Of a DNA stretch of 64,000 bases, positions 1 to 9,414 are shown in pieces. The DNA lies in the IMG/VR virus record IMGVR_UViG_2721755711_000002; one strand, written 5' to 3'. A program made the position numbers and the translations under genes. The stretch is from a virus (lineage: Duplodnaviria > Heunggongvirae > Uroviricota > Caudoviricetes). Within the stretch, counting starts at the first letter, position 1. Each line of letters begins with the position of its first letter. The notes beneath the pieces are model-generated. The model saw nothing but the letters and a program-made list of their open reading frames with translations. It was not told the DNA's origin and did not search any database.

Positions 1-307
1 TCAGGACGTTGCGTGATGCCAGCAGAATATTAAAATCATCCGGCGTCATGTTGTCGTGTAACAGCTCCGCCGTCAGTTCTTCCTGCGGAATATCCCCCAG
101 ACGGACCAGCGTTGCCGCCATCACCGCACAGCGGTAGTAATAATCCGCCGCGAAGCCATCCACCGTCTGAAAGCGTTCTTCAGTTTCTTCCAGTGCCTGC
201 CCGTTATCACGCATGACCGGCAGACGCAGCTCAAAGTTTTTATGAACGGTGCCGTTAAACACCACGCCATCAGACAGCTCGCCGGTCTGTGTATTAATCA
301 AAGTCAT
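1..307 (-). CDS. phage tail assembly protein-like, partial (continues beyond window start)
   Basis: Minus-strand reading frame opens at ATG 307..305, overlapping the tube gene stop (ATGA coupling), with no stop before position 1; sits after sheath and tube as in Mu-like tail clusters. Confidence 0.4.
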   Translation of the reverse strand, partial: MTLINTQTGELSDGVVFNGTVHKNFELRLPVMRDNGQALEETEERFQTVDGFAADYYYRCAVMAATLVRLGDIPQEELTAELLHDNMTPDDFNILLASRNVL

Positions 308-678
308 CCTGTCACCTTCCTGAGTGCAGCCATTTTGATATCAATTTTCGCTTCATTATCGACGGTGTATTTCTCACCCACTTCGGTTGTGAAGCAGTCC
401 AGATAGGAGGTGCGCTTGCCGCTGTTGCTGAGCGGATAAATTGAGATTTTCACACCTTCCAGATTTTCCCAGTCCGGCTCGTTGGTATCAGGGATAACCG
501 CCGAAACTGAAATATCGTAGGTGGCAATGCCACGGGCAAAGCCTTTGGCCCTGCCGGTTTTGTTCATGGTCTTGACCAGCTTTCGTCCGGTGTTGATCTG
601 AACATCAAAGTCGGTGATCTCGATTTCCTGGCTGTCCACCTCCAGCACAATCGAGCCGACATATTCTTTAATGGACAT
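304..678 (-). CDS. phage tail tube protein (Mu gpM-like)
   Basis: 124 aa ORF immediately downstream of the sheath gene; size and position typical of a myovirus tail tube. Confidence 0.65.
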   Translation of the reverse strand: MSIKEYVGSIVLEVDSQEIEITDFDVQINTGRKLVKTMNKTGRAKGFARGIATYDISVSAVIPDTNEPDWENLEGVKISIYPLSNSGKRTSYLDCFTTEVGEKYTVDNEAKIDIKMAALRKVTG

Positions 679-690
679 TTACCGCGCTCC

Positions 691-2112
691 TTACAAAATC
701 ATGTCGATGCGACCGGCAAACACATGCAGGCCGTTAACCACATCCGCCGGAACCACGCAGTCGAGACGGTTTGCATCTTTCCCGTTTCGCTGAACGCGCA
801 GCTTTGCCTTGTTCGCTTCCACGTTCTCCAGAATTTCCGCTTCCTCCAGCTTGATCAGCACGTCATACAGTTCGCTTTCCACTTTTGCGATAGTGCGGGT
901 GCTGAGTTTTTCGCGCGGGAAGCGAAGGCTGATGCGTTCGCGGCACGCCTTGCGGGTGTAATCCAGCGTTCTGATGGACGTGATATCCAGTAACGAGACG
1001 TCAGTCACGCCCTGTGCGTTAACCGTGTACGTACTGACCGCACGCACAATCTGCACCGTGTTACCCGGGCCAACCTCAACCGGCGTCAGGCCGTTATGCA
1101 GGGCGTTTTCCTGCTCGTTACGGCTTTCACGCTGTGACATTGCGACCACATCCAGCCCGGACAGCGCCAGCGAGTTCAGCGGACGCGCCGGGTCTTCCTC
1201 GCCCGCCATCACAGCGCCGTAGATGGCAGCCAGCACCGCTGGCAGCTTCACGGAGCCGCGATACCAGGGGACAGACACGCGCCCACTGTTCACACCGGCG
1301 GCCAGGGTGATCCCGTTTCCGAGACTGCCCGTCCAGCCTGCACAGCCAATCGCGCCGCGCTGTTCCATCGCGTTCCCGGTTTTCTCCAGATGCTGCTTCA
1401 GGGCGGCAAGGGCTGGCGTGGTACTGAACGGACAAATCAGAATGTTGTGACCGGCGGCAAAGACCGCATCCAGTGCGGGCTGAATATCCGGGTCCATTTC
1501 GCCGTTCGCCATCGGCGTGGCGCTCACGGTCAGACCGCCTGCCGTGGTGGATGCTGACAGGGTGATATCATTCCCCCAGGCACCTTTGGTCCGGGTGGTG
1601 ACCGTCAGCTGAGAGGTTTCTGATTTGTATTCCCCCGTCACCAGAAGCGAGGGCGTCTGCGTCATTGCTTCCACCAGTGCCGGAATGATTTTCGACGGTC
1701 CATCACCGGTTTCCACATCCACCGAAACCTGCTCACCGGCAACCCATACCGACAGTGTGCCGCTGCTGATTGCCGTACCGCTGACAGTAACCGCACCGGT
1801 TGCTGCCTTTCCTGCGCCACTGTCTGCAATACCGATAACATCCAGTTGCAGATAGCTGTTGGCATTAATGGCCGCGCGCGCCATTGCAGCGGCCAGCGAA
1901 CCGGCCCCGAAATACAAATCCGCTTCGTCTTCGGAATACACAGAAACGGCATTCAGGGGCCTGGCGGTGCCGCCTGACAGCATCGGGCCAATCACCAGAA
2001 CACGCTGTTCGTTACCCGGCAGCGTGTTAACGGCGAGCCGGGTATTGAACTCAAAATGCACACCGGGCTTACGGATGCCGCCCGAAATGGTGTCAAACTG
2101 AATTTCACTCAT
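691..2112 (-). CDS. phage tail sheath protein (Mu gpL-like)
   Basis: 473 aa ORF followed by a tube-sized gene; position after gp36/gp37-like genes as in Mu. Confidence 0.75.
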   Translation of the reverse strand: MSEIQFDTISGGIRKPGVHFEFNTRLAVNTLPGNEQRVLVIGPMLSGGTARPLNAVSVYSEDEADLYFGAGSLAAAMARAAINANSYLQLDVIGIADSGAGKAATGAVTVSGTAISSGTLSVWVAGEQVSVDVETGDGPSKIIPALVEAMTQTPSLLVTGEYKSETSQLTVTTRTKGAWGNDITLSASTTAGGLTVSATPMANGEMDPDIQPALDAVFAAGHNILICPFSTTPALAALKQHLEKTGNAMEQRGAIGCAGWTGSLGNGITLAAGVNSGRVSVPWYRGSVKLPAVLAAIYGAVMAGEEDPARPLNSLALSGLDVVAMSQRESRNEQENALHNGLTPVEVGPGNTVQIVRAVSTYTVNAQGVTDVSLLDITSIRTLDYTRKACRERISLRFPREKLSTRTIAKVESELYDVLIKLEEAEILENVEANKAKLRVQRNGKDANRLDCVVPADVVNGLHVFAGRIDMIL

Positions 2113-2347
2113 CGGAATCCACCTGTTTCTCTCTCTTCGCCTTCGCTTTTACCTGCACGGCGTCCTGTTCAGCCGTCACGATAGTTTCAGGCTCATCCTT
2201 CACCAGAATCAGGTCACCGTCCTGAACGGCTCGCCGGTAATAAACGGTGTTCTCAACGGTCACAACTTCCGTGGTGATGTATTTCCGGGCGTTATCCTCC
2301 ATCGGGAACTTCATCCCGGGAGCCGCCTTAACCTTCATTTTGTTCAT
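2105..2347 (-). CDS. small phage protein (DUF2635-like) upstream of sheath
   Basis: 80 aa ORF overlapping the sheath start; conserved position in Mu-like late operons. Confidence 0.45.
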   Translation of the reverse strand: MNKMKVKAAPGMKFPMEDNARKYITTEVVTVENTVYYRRAVQDGDLILVKDEPETIVTAEQDAVQVKAKAKREKQVDSDE

Positions 2348-2924
2348 GCTGTTGCTCTCTTAATTCAGTCAGCCCTGATATTTCAGCGTCGCTGTCCTGC
2401 ATCTGGTACCGGATGCCAAGGTTCAGCAGCTCCGGGTCAAGGTCTGACAGCCTGCCGTGGTAGCGGTTGAAGAGGCGGTCCGCTTCTGCGCCACGCTCCG
2501 GCCATTTGCCGTTCTCCAGCGCGTGCTCCACCCAGCGGGTATCGAACTCACAGGCAAACACGGACATTGCCCGCTCTGCCACGCCGGTGTTAAACAGCGT
2601 CCTGACCCGCCCGGGTTCGAAATAATCAATCTCCAGCCCCAAATCCTGACCGGTCAGCAGGCGACGGACGGATTCAACCAGCTGGTTTGTCCCGACCTCA
2701 TCCCGGACGGTGCCTCCCTGTCTGGCGCTCTGTTCGCTGCGGGTGTTGTAATCACCCACCACAACCACAAAGCGTCCGGTGGCAATGTATTTCCGGCGTG
2801 ACGTGGAATAGCGTTCGGTTTTCACGATGCCGCCGAACGTCACCCAGGCTGCCGGAAGGCTGCGAACAATCCGGCCCGGATCTTCATCCAGTTCACCGGC
2901 ATAGGTGCGGACATCCTGCACCAT
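2328..2924 (-). CDS. Mu gp37-like virion protein (DUF1834-like); start uncertain
   Basis: Six-frame ORF 2328..3065 extends into the IS element. Upstream of the insertion point the native frame hits a stop with no canonical start codon, so the first native ATG (2924) is proposed as start. Confidence 0.45.
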   Translation of the reverse strand: MVQDVRTYAGELDEDPGRIVRSLPAAWVTFGGIVKTERYSTSRRKYIATGRFVVVVGDYNTRSEQSARQGGTVRDEVGTNQLVESVRRLLTGQDLGLEIDYFEPGRVRTLFNTGVAERAMSVFACEFDTRWVEHALENGKWPERGAEADRLFNRYHGRLSDLDPELLNLGIRYQMQDSDAEISGLTELREQQHEQNEG

Positions 2925-3030
2925 ATGCCCCAGACCACAGCGCAGACGCTCAACCAGCGCCCGTTCAATTTCAGTAATCAGAATGCACTGAACCGCCCCG
3001 GGTTTCCTGGAGAGTGTTTTATCTGTGAAC

Positions 3031-3922
3031 TCAGGCTGCCAGATCATCGTTTCCGATGGAAGCATAATAAGCTTTTTCTGCTTCTGCCGGTGGGATATGG
3101 CCCAGCCTTTCCAGCAATCGTCGATTGTTATACCAGTCCACCCACGTGAGTGTGGACAGCTCCACTTCTGTCCGGTTTTTCCAGCGCTTACGGTGTATTA
3201 CCTCCGCTTTGTAAAGGCCATTGATGCTTCTCCGCCATCGCGTTGTCATACGAGTCACCAGTACTCCCTGTTGATGCCAGTAAGCCGGCTTCCTTAAGCC
3301 GCTGCGTGTAGGCCAGCGATACATACTGAGAACCTTTATCACTGTGGTGGATTGTGCCGGACGGCCGACGGGCCCACAACGCCTGCTCCAGTGCATCCAG
3401 CACGAATGCCGTTTCCATGGATGATGAGACCCGCCATCCCACGATGTATCCGGCGAACACATCAATGATGAACGCCACATAAACGAAGCCCTGCCATGTG
3501 TTTACCCAGGTAAAATCAGCCACCCACAACTGGTCAGGACGTTCTGCCACGAACTGACGGTTTACGCGGTCGCATGCGGCAACGGCTTTCCGGCTGACGG
3601 TAGTGCGGACCTTTTTACCCCGGAGAACACCGGCAAGTCCCATAACCGCCATGAGACGTGCCACAGTGCATCTGGCCACTCTGATACCTTCCCGTAACAA
3701 CTGACGCCAGACTTTACGCACACCGTATACCTGGTGATTTTCATCGTATACGCGCTGTATCTCTTTCTTCAGCCAGTCATCGCGCTGCGCACGGGCACTG
3801 CGTTTATCAGGATGATGTCGCTGTTGCTGACAGTGGTAATACGTTGACGGGGCAATATGCAGTTCGCTGCATACCGGTCCGACCCCGTACTGCTCACGCA
3901 GCTTATCCAGCAGTGGCATCAT
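3031..3922 (-). pseudogene. IS3-family transposase OrfB (DDE catalytic subunit), disrupted by frameshift
   Basis: OrfB homology is split across two frames (3188..3922 and 3031..3480). The break is near 3228 where the sequence reads gag aag cat, versus gag agc atc expected for ...AMAESINGLYK..., consistent with a 1 bp insertion. Confidence 0.7.
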
Positions 3923-4245
3923 TTTTTCCAGAGGCGGTCGAACTCCGCCTTCGCAAAATAAGCGGAAGCCTGGCGAAGGATATCGTTACTGCGGCGCAGT
4001 TCACGATTTTCACGTTCCAGCTCTTTCAGACGCTGACGTTCAGCGGTGGTGAGCCCACCATCACCGCCCCCGGTATCCCGCTCATGCTGGCGAACCCAGA
4101 CACGCAGAGTCTCCGGCGTACAGCCAATTTTTGGGGCAATGGAACAAATTGCCGCCCACTGTGAATCATACTCATCCTGACTTTCCAGAACCATACGAAT
4201 CGCTCGCTGACGGACTTCGGGGGAAAAACGAGTATTTTTAGTCAT
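3919..4245 (-). CDS. IS3-family transposase OrfA (HTH DNA-binding subunit)
   Basis: 108 aa protein [22 protein letters not shown]... matches remembered IS629/IS1203 OrfA; SD GAGAAAGAGG upstream. Confidence 0.85.
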   Translation of the reverse strand: MTKNTRFSPEVRQRAIRMVLESQDEYDSQWAAICSIAPKIGCTPETLRVWVRQHERDTGGGDGGLTTAERQRLKELERENRELRRSNDILRQASAYFAKAEFDRLWKK

Positions 4246-4270
4246 CCTGTTTACCTCTTTCTCAGGGAGT

Positions 4271-4723
4271 TTAGTCTCCAGGATTCCCGGGACGGTTCAC
4301 ACCTCCCCGCGTGGACTCACGCCCGAACTGACGGGAGCCGGAGCGGATACGCACCTGTGACGATGACTGGATCACACTGCCGGACGTATCCCGCCCGAGG
4401 TTGATTTGTCCTGCCGCGACTTTCTCCAGAAAGCGGATGGCGTCCCGGTAGCGCATCTGAATTTCTTCTGAGCAGATACGGTAATCGGTCGCCAGGTGAT
4501 AACGGGCGATATCGCAGCAGTAACCCACCAGAATCCCCGGGCTGTCAGGCCACGGGGTCCGGTAACGCCCCACCAGATAGCCATCAATCTGGGCACTGGC
4601 GCGTGCAAGCGCGGAGGCCAGCTTTTCTTCGTCGATGAATCCCGTCATGTCTTCATCCGTCAGTGTGCGTGCCTCGCGTTCACTGAACGCCCTGATGAAC
4701 TGTTCCGGTGTGGCGTAAGACAT
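4271..4723 (-). CDS. Mu gp36-like virion protein (DUF1320-like), C-terminus altered by IS insertion
   Basis: 150 aa ORF; its last 9 codons are encoded by the duplicated target and IS terminal sequence. Reconstructing the uninterrupted sequence gives a native ...STRGGAF stop ending. Confidence 0.5.
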   Translation of the reverse strand: MSYATPEQFIRAFSEREARTLTDEDMTGFIDEEKLASALARASAQIDGYLVGRYRTPWPDSPGILVGYCCDIARYHLATDYRICSEEIQMRYRDAIRFLEKVAAGQINLGRDTSGSVIQSSSQVRIRSGSRQFGRESTRGGVNRPGNPGD

Positions 4724-4726
4724 GGG

Positions 4727-5056
4727 TTACTTCTCCTTTTTGTCCGCTTTTTTTGTTTTCTGTGCGGCGGTCAGTTCACTGACTTTCTGGCGTTCTTCTT
4801 CCAGTTGCGCCGTCAGTTCGCTGACTTTCTGACGCTCGGCATCCAGCTGTGCGGCCAGCTCATCACCCCGGGCCGCGTCGTTCTGGCCGGACGCTTTATC
4901 GCGCTCCACCACAATCAGCATGGGGTCAGCCTTCAGCACCGCCAGCTGTTCCGGGGTGAACGCATCCGCAGGCCATTCCTTCGTGGTTGCGCTGTGTGCC
5001 ACACCGCAGCGGCGAAAACCCTCACGGCGGGCGGTAATTTCAATCACCTTTTCCAT
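4727..5056 (-). CDS. small phage head-region protein (Mu gp35-like)
   Basis: 109 aa ORF between major head and gp36-like genes; coiled-coil repeat (QKVSELTAQLEEERQKVSELTA). Confidence 0.4.
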   Translation of the reverse strand: MEKVIEITARREGFRRCGVAHSATTKEWPADAFTPEQLAVLKADPMLIVVERDKASGQNDAARGDELAAQLDAERQKVSELTAQLEEERQKVSELTAAQKTKKADKKEK

Positions 5057-5059
5057 GCA

Positions 5060-6010
5060 TTACTCCGTCGTACCATCAGAACCAAATGCCATCTGCCAGA
5101 AGCCGTAACCGCCGTTACAGCGCGCTTCGGCACCAAACAGGAACTTCTTACGCTTGAACACGTTGTCGCTGTTGTAGTCCGTCTGCTCCACAAAAACAGG
5201 CTTTTTACGCAGCTGATAAATCAGCGGTTTCACCGGTTTGGTGGTGTCAAACAGGAACCACGCAGAATCCGACGCCAGCTCCGGCATCACCAGCACTTCG
5301 GCGGTATTGCGGTACGGGTTCGGCGTGCCGTCCGGGAACTTCTCGGCGGTCATCAGGTAGTTCGCGTCATCCTCCAGCGCCGGTGGCACAACCAGCAGAT
5401 TCGGGCGAATTTTGAGGGATGCGCCTTCGTCATCTTTCAGACTACGCATGGCCGTACGGGCGGCACCGTAGGAGGCTTTCGCCTCGGCAAGCGAGCCAAC
5501 TTTGAGTTTTTTGGTGCCTTTGTTGGACACCGATTTACCGGCGACCAGGTGGTCGGTATCAAAGAACATCTGACCGTCGTAACATGGATTGGTAAAACCG
5601 TTACTGATAAGGGACGCCACAATATCTGCCGGTAGCTCTGCTGCCGACTGTCCGGCTCCTTTCGCCTGAAGGGCATAGCCCATAATCTGGTCGTCCTCGA
5701 TGTCGTTACGATCGACTTCAACCGTGGCTTCCCAGTCCTTGTTACGGATGGTGTAGTTAAATGCCGCCAGTGATTTGACGACCTTGTCACCAATCCACTC
5801 GCGCATTTTCGGGAAACGACTTAACCAGCTGTAGTCGTTCTCCTTGCCGTTTGATGGCACTTCCATTGCCACCTTCTGCCAGTCAGTTGGTGACTGGTCG
5901 AAGGCTTTCTGGAAGGTGGCCTTCAGATTGATAAAAATCTGTTTGACGTTTTTAACGTTGACTAACACGTTTTGCTCCTTAACTGAAATGAACCCAGACG
6001 CCATCGTCAC
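5060..6010 (-). CDS. major head subunit (Mu gpT-like)
   Basis: 316 aa ORF in the position of Mu T, downstream of protease/scaffold and DUF2190-like genes. Confidence 0.7.
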   Translation of the reverse strand: MTMASGFISVKEQNVLVNVKNVKQIFINLKATFQKAFDQSPTDWQKVAMEVPSNGKENDYSWLSRFPKMREWIGDKVVKSLAAFNYTIRNKDWEATVEVDRNDIEDDQIMGYALQAKGAGQSAAELPADIVASLISNGFTNPCYDGQMFFDTDHLVAGKSVSNKGTKKLKVGSLAEAKASYGAARTAMRSLKDDEGASLKIRPNLLVVPPALEDDANYLMTAEKFPDGTPNPYRNTAEVLVMPELASDSAWFLFDTTKPVKPLIYQLRKKPVFVEQTDYNSDNVFKRKKFLFGAEARCNGGYGFWQMAFGSDGTTE

Positions 6011-6374
6011 CGATGCCGATCACTTTCCCGGCGACAGGGCGGGCGCTGCTGTTGTCGGTTTTCGCCACGGTCACGCTGTCTTCCACGTAGCATTCTTTAC
6101 CAACCTGCGATTGCGTGACCGGGTCTGAGGTGCTGTTCGCCATCAGAAAGGCTTTGCCGCAACGCACCAGAACGGTGGCGTCGCCATCGCTGCCCTTGCT
6201 GTTATCCACCCAGCCATCAGACACGCCCAGCGTAATCTGTGAGGCCGTGGCACTGGCCGGAACGGCATAACCGGATGCGTTAACGGCCACCATATGGCCG
6301 CCAAAAATTTCGGTCGCAGCGGCAACCGGCACCGGGTTCAGCTCGCCGTCACGGTAGGGGGTATTGCGATCCAT
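5979..6374 (-). CDS. phage head protein (DUF2190-like)
   Basis: 131 aa Gly/Ser/Val-rich ORF between protease/scaffold and major head genes, as in Mu-like phages. Confidence 0.45.
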   Translation of the reverse strand: MDRNTPYRDGELNPVPVAAATEIFGGHMVAVNASGYAVPASATASQITLGVSDGWVDNSKGSDGDATVLVRCGKAFLMANSTSDPVTQSQVGKECYVEDSVTVAKTDNSSARPVAGKVIGIGDDGVWVHFS

Positions 6375-7544
6375 TTACTCATCTCCTGCGTAACGGGCGA
6401 CATCCTCTGGATCAACGCCCATCATGGAACAAATGGCGATATCGACATCGACGTCATCGCCGGTTTTAATCTGCGCCGGGGCAGGCGACGGCGTTTTGGG
6501 TGGCTTGCCGCCGGTCTGGGTCTGACTGAGCGCAACAAGTTTCGGCGCGTTCTCCAGCCAGGACTTAAAGCCGTTGATATCGCGGCTGGCGTAATCTTTC
6601 GCCCAGTCTTCCTGCGCCGGAAGCAGTCGCCCGTCAGACAGCGCCGCCTGAATCAGTGCCCCGGCTTCGGCCTCACCGGACTGTTGCGCCAGTGCGGCAT
6701 AACGTCCCTGAAGTTCTTCATATGCCGTCAGAGGGATATGCTTCGTCGGGTCATAGGCACTGGCTGACAGGCTGGCGATTTGCTCGTCTTTCTGATTCAG
6801 CAGGGTCAGCAGGCTGACGGATGCCGCCGCCGTTCCCTGACCGTTCGAAATCATGTCAACGACCTTTTGCAGCTCGTTTTTGATATCTTCCGCCGTTGAG
6901 GTAACCGGGAGGTTAAGCATCCAGCGCAGGCTGGACAGCAAATCGTTTAACAGTTCTTCATCCACTGTTGTGGTCTCCGTTTCAGTTGACAGACTCGCCA
7001 GACGGCTGGCCGCAGCCAGCATGACTGCATCCATACCGTCCAGCGCCGGGGTATTGGTCAGCGCAGCGTGTAACAGCTCCAGCACTTCGCCGCGCTTGTT
7101 GTAGGCAAAAACAGGGGAAATAAACTTGTACTCACCGGCGGCAATCATGGCCGCCGCGTTATCCGTCCACTCCACACCGGTGGCATACAGGCCCGCACCT
7201 TCTCGCCATTCCACCTGGCTGAACCAGCCCGCCGCCGGGGCGGGCTTGCCGTTGTTTACGGCGCGCAGCGTCTGATGTTCGTAATCAATGACAAAAGGCG
7301 TGGTACGGGCGGCCACCTGCGCGACAAGCTGCGCGGCCAGTTCAGCGGTCAGCACCCATTTACCGCTTTCGACTTCATCGGTATGTGGGCGACCATCCAC
7401 CGCGCTGAACTCGCCCGCCGGAAACAGCTGGATTTCGCTGTGGGTTGCTTTAGTAATTTCGAGGCTTAATGCCGCAATGTTCAGTTTCATACGCGGCATG
7501 ATGACGGAAGGGGAACACGGGGTACTGTGGAGGGTGTTCAGCAC
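6375..7544 (-). CDS. prohead protease / scaffold protein (Mu gpI-like); start uncertain
   Basis: 389 aa ORF between virion morphogenesis G-like and head genes; acidic C-terminus. Confidence 0.6.
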   Translation of the reverse strand: MLNTLHSTPCSPSVIMPRMKLNIAALSLEITKATHSEIQLFPAGEFSAVDGRPHTDEVESGKWVLTAELAAQLVAQVAARTTPFVIDYEHQTLRAVNNGKPAPAAGWFSQVEWREGAGLYATGVEWTDNAAAMIAAGEYKFISPVFAYNKRGEVLELLHAALTNTPALDGMDAVMLAAASRLASLSTETETTTVDEELLNDLLSSLRWMLNLPVTSTAEDIKNELQKVVDMISNGQGTAAASVSLLTLLNQKDEQIASLSASAYDPTKHIPLTAYEELQGRYAALAQQSGEAEAGALIQAALSDGRLLPAQEDWAKDYASRDINGFKSWLENAPKLVALSQTQTGGKPPKTPSPAPAQIKTGDDVDVDIAICSMMGVDPEDVARYAGDE

Positions 7545-7699
7545 CCTGCCATAACGGGAAAAGATAAAAGAGGAAATAAAACCGTTTTTAAAACCCTTTT
7601 AAAAACGATTCTGACAGCATTTACGGGGTGCAGTGCTGTAATGACTCATCCGTGAGGCGTTTATGTTGTCACAGGCGATTACAGCGCGTTTGTGGCCAT

Positions 7700-8251
7700 T
7701 CAGTCAATCACACGCGCAAAATAGCGGTTTGCGGTGTTCTCCAGCTCGTCGATGTCGTCCTGCACAAGCTGAAGGAAGGGACGCGCGGGCATGTTGACCG
7801 TATACGCTCCGACCGTTGCGCTCTGCACAAAATTACTGTTGCGCTTTTTCACAAAGCGGGTACTGACGCTGCCGTTTTTGTACTGTTTAAAATACAGGTT
7901 CTGCGTCCGTGCCTGATGGCGGATTTCGCCGCCTTCGTTGTGGATACGGGCATAACGAACGTTTGTCCCGACCGTGGCCTCGTTATTGTTAACCGCAGAG
8001 CGGATACTGGCAGCCAGTCGCCCTGACTTCTGAAGGATTTGCCCGGGACCGCGTCGCTTCGCATAAGCCGGACTCCAGCCCATCCATTTCGGGCGACCCT
8101 GTTGTTCAAAGTTAGTCTCAACCGCATCCAGCATGGAACCCGCAAGTGCCGCCATCAGGTCGCGCCGGTCCTTCACGGAACGAATCAGTTTCCCCAGCGT
8201 GGTGTTATACGCGCTTAAATCAATCTTAATATCCAGTTTACCGTCGCTCAT
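7700..8251 (-). CDS. virion morphogenesis protein (Mu gpG-like)
   Basis: 183 aa ORF immediately downstream of the F-like head morphogenesis gene. Confidence 0.6.
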   Translation of the reverse strand: MSDGKLDIKIDLSAYNTTLGKLIRSVKDRRDLMAALAGSMLDAVETNFEQQGRPKWMGWSPAYAKRRGPGQILQKSGRLAASIRSAVNNNEATVGTNVRYARIHNEGGEIRHQARTQNLYFKQYKNGSVSTRFVKKRNSNFVQSATVGAYTVNMPARPFLQLVQDDIDELENTANRYFARVID

Positions 8252-9414
8252 GATGCCTCCGGGGTGTCCTGCATAACCCAGCCTGTCAGCACGTCATCCT
8301 CAACCGTCGCCACTGACCAGCGGTCGCCCGACTGTAACGCATACCGCCACGCGTTGCCGTCCTGCGTGACATGCTCCGCCCGTTCGATGGTCTGCTGCAT
8401 CAGCACATAGTCGGCGGCGGTCGGGGGCGTGTCTGTTGCACTGAGGCGCTTCATGACGTCAGCCGTAAGGTTTACCGTCTGCCGTGCAGCGCCCGTGGCG
8501 GCGACCTGTTCCGGTGAACGGATGGCCAGCGGATATCGCTGGCGCGCATCCAGTTCGCTGACGTTCGCCAGTCCCCGGGCAAAATCCGGCCCGGTCAGGG
8601 TGCCGGTGACATACTGGCGGGCGCTGCGGTAATCATATTTTTCCAGTTCCGGCTGCCATGCCACCCGACCGGGATTAAATCCGAAGCCCGGGTCGGCGGT
8701 ATACACGGAGCCGTCCGGCATCTTCAGCCCCATTGTTCTGATGGTCTGGCCCGGCTGGCCATATTCCTGCTCAACCTCAACCAGTCGCCCCTCGCTGCTC
8801 TGCACCGTCAGGCCGTATTTCTCCACATCAGACGCCGAACGCGCCCGGATACGGCAGCGGCAGTGATAACCGTCCGGGGTGTATAAAAACTCCCAGACCG
8901 GGTCATCCGCCCGGGCGGTAAAACCGTTCAGGGCGGCGTGTTTCGGACGGGTGTGAAGGTCCATCACTGCCACGCGTTCAAAATAAGGCCGATCAGCCAC
9001 GTTCGCCATCTGTTGTTGATAACGCCCGGCGTTATATGACGACTGAATGTTGGTATCAAATATCGTGCGTAACCGGCGCGGCGTCAGTTGTCTGCCATGC
9101 AGTTCGCCGGTGTCCTCGTCCACAATCAGTTTTTTACCCAGCCAGCCTTTTGATTCCAGCAGTGGTTCCAGTTGTGCAGCAAACTCCCGGAACGTCCCGC
9201 CGTCAGCCAGTGCCGCCGTCAGGCCATCACGGACATCCTTCAGAACATCCAGTTTCAGCACACCCGCCACCGTGAACGCCCGGGCGTTGGCGATGTCCTT
9301 CACATCGTGCCAGCGGAAGCCGATAACGTACCCCTTGCTTTCGAAATACTTGATCGCTTCTTCCGGTTTCAGGGTGTACGCATAACCCAGGTCAACATCG
9401 TCAGCTGTCGGCAT
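8248..9414 (-). CDS. head morphogenesis protein (Mu gpF / gp30-like)
   Basis: 388 aa ORF overlapping the portal gene end; conserved portal-then-F order. Confidence 0.7.
   Translation of the reverse strand: MPTADDVDLGYAYTLKPEEAIKYFESKGYVIGFRWHDVKDIANARAFTVAGVLKLDVLKDVRDGLTAALADGGTFREFAAQLEPLLESKGWLGKKLIVDEDTGELHGRQLTPRRLRTIFDTNIQSSYNAGRYQQQMANVADRPYFERVAVMDLHTRPKHAALNGFTARADDPVWEFLYTPDGYHCRCRIRARSASDVEKYGLTVQSSEGRLVEVEQEYGQPGQTIRTMGLKMPDGSVYTADPGFGFNPGRVAWQPELEKYDYRSARQYVTGTLTGPDFARGLANVSELDARQRYPLAIRSPEQVAATGAARQTVNLTADVMKRLSATDTPPTAADYVLMQQTIERAEHVTQDGNAWRYALQSGDRWSVATVEDDVLTGWVMQDTPEAS

Larger units (their letters stand above)
2989..4299 (-). mobile_element. IS3-family insertion sequence, IS629/IS1203-like
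   Basis: 1311 bp element with imperfect terminal inverted repeats (TGAACCGCCCCGGG... at 2989, TGAACCGTCCCGGG... as reverse complement ending 4299), flanked by 3 bp direct repeats CAC (2986..2988 and 4300..4302); carries orfA and orfB. Confidence 0.85.

Noticed and set aside
2328-3065. Full-length 245 aa gp37-like ORF as given by the six-frame track
   Set aside because: Its first 26 codons are encoded by IS terminal sequence and the target duplication, so the long N-terminus is an artefact of the insertion; a shorter native gene is proposed instead.
4496-5635. Long plus-strand ORF (379 aa) overlapping the major head and gp35-like genes
   Set aside because: Antisense to well-supported phage structural genes, Arg/His-rich low-complexity translation and no ribosome-binding site; typical shadow ORF in GC-rich DNA.
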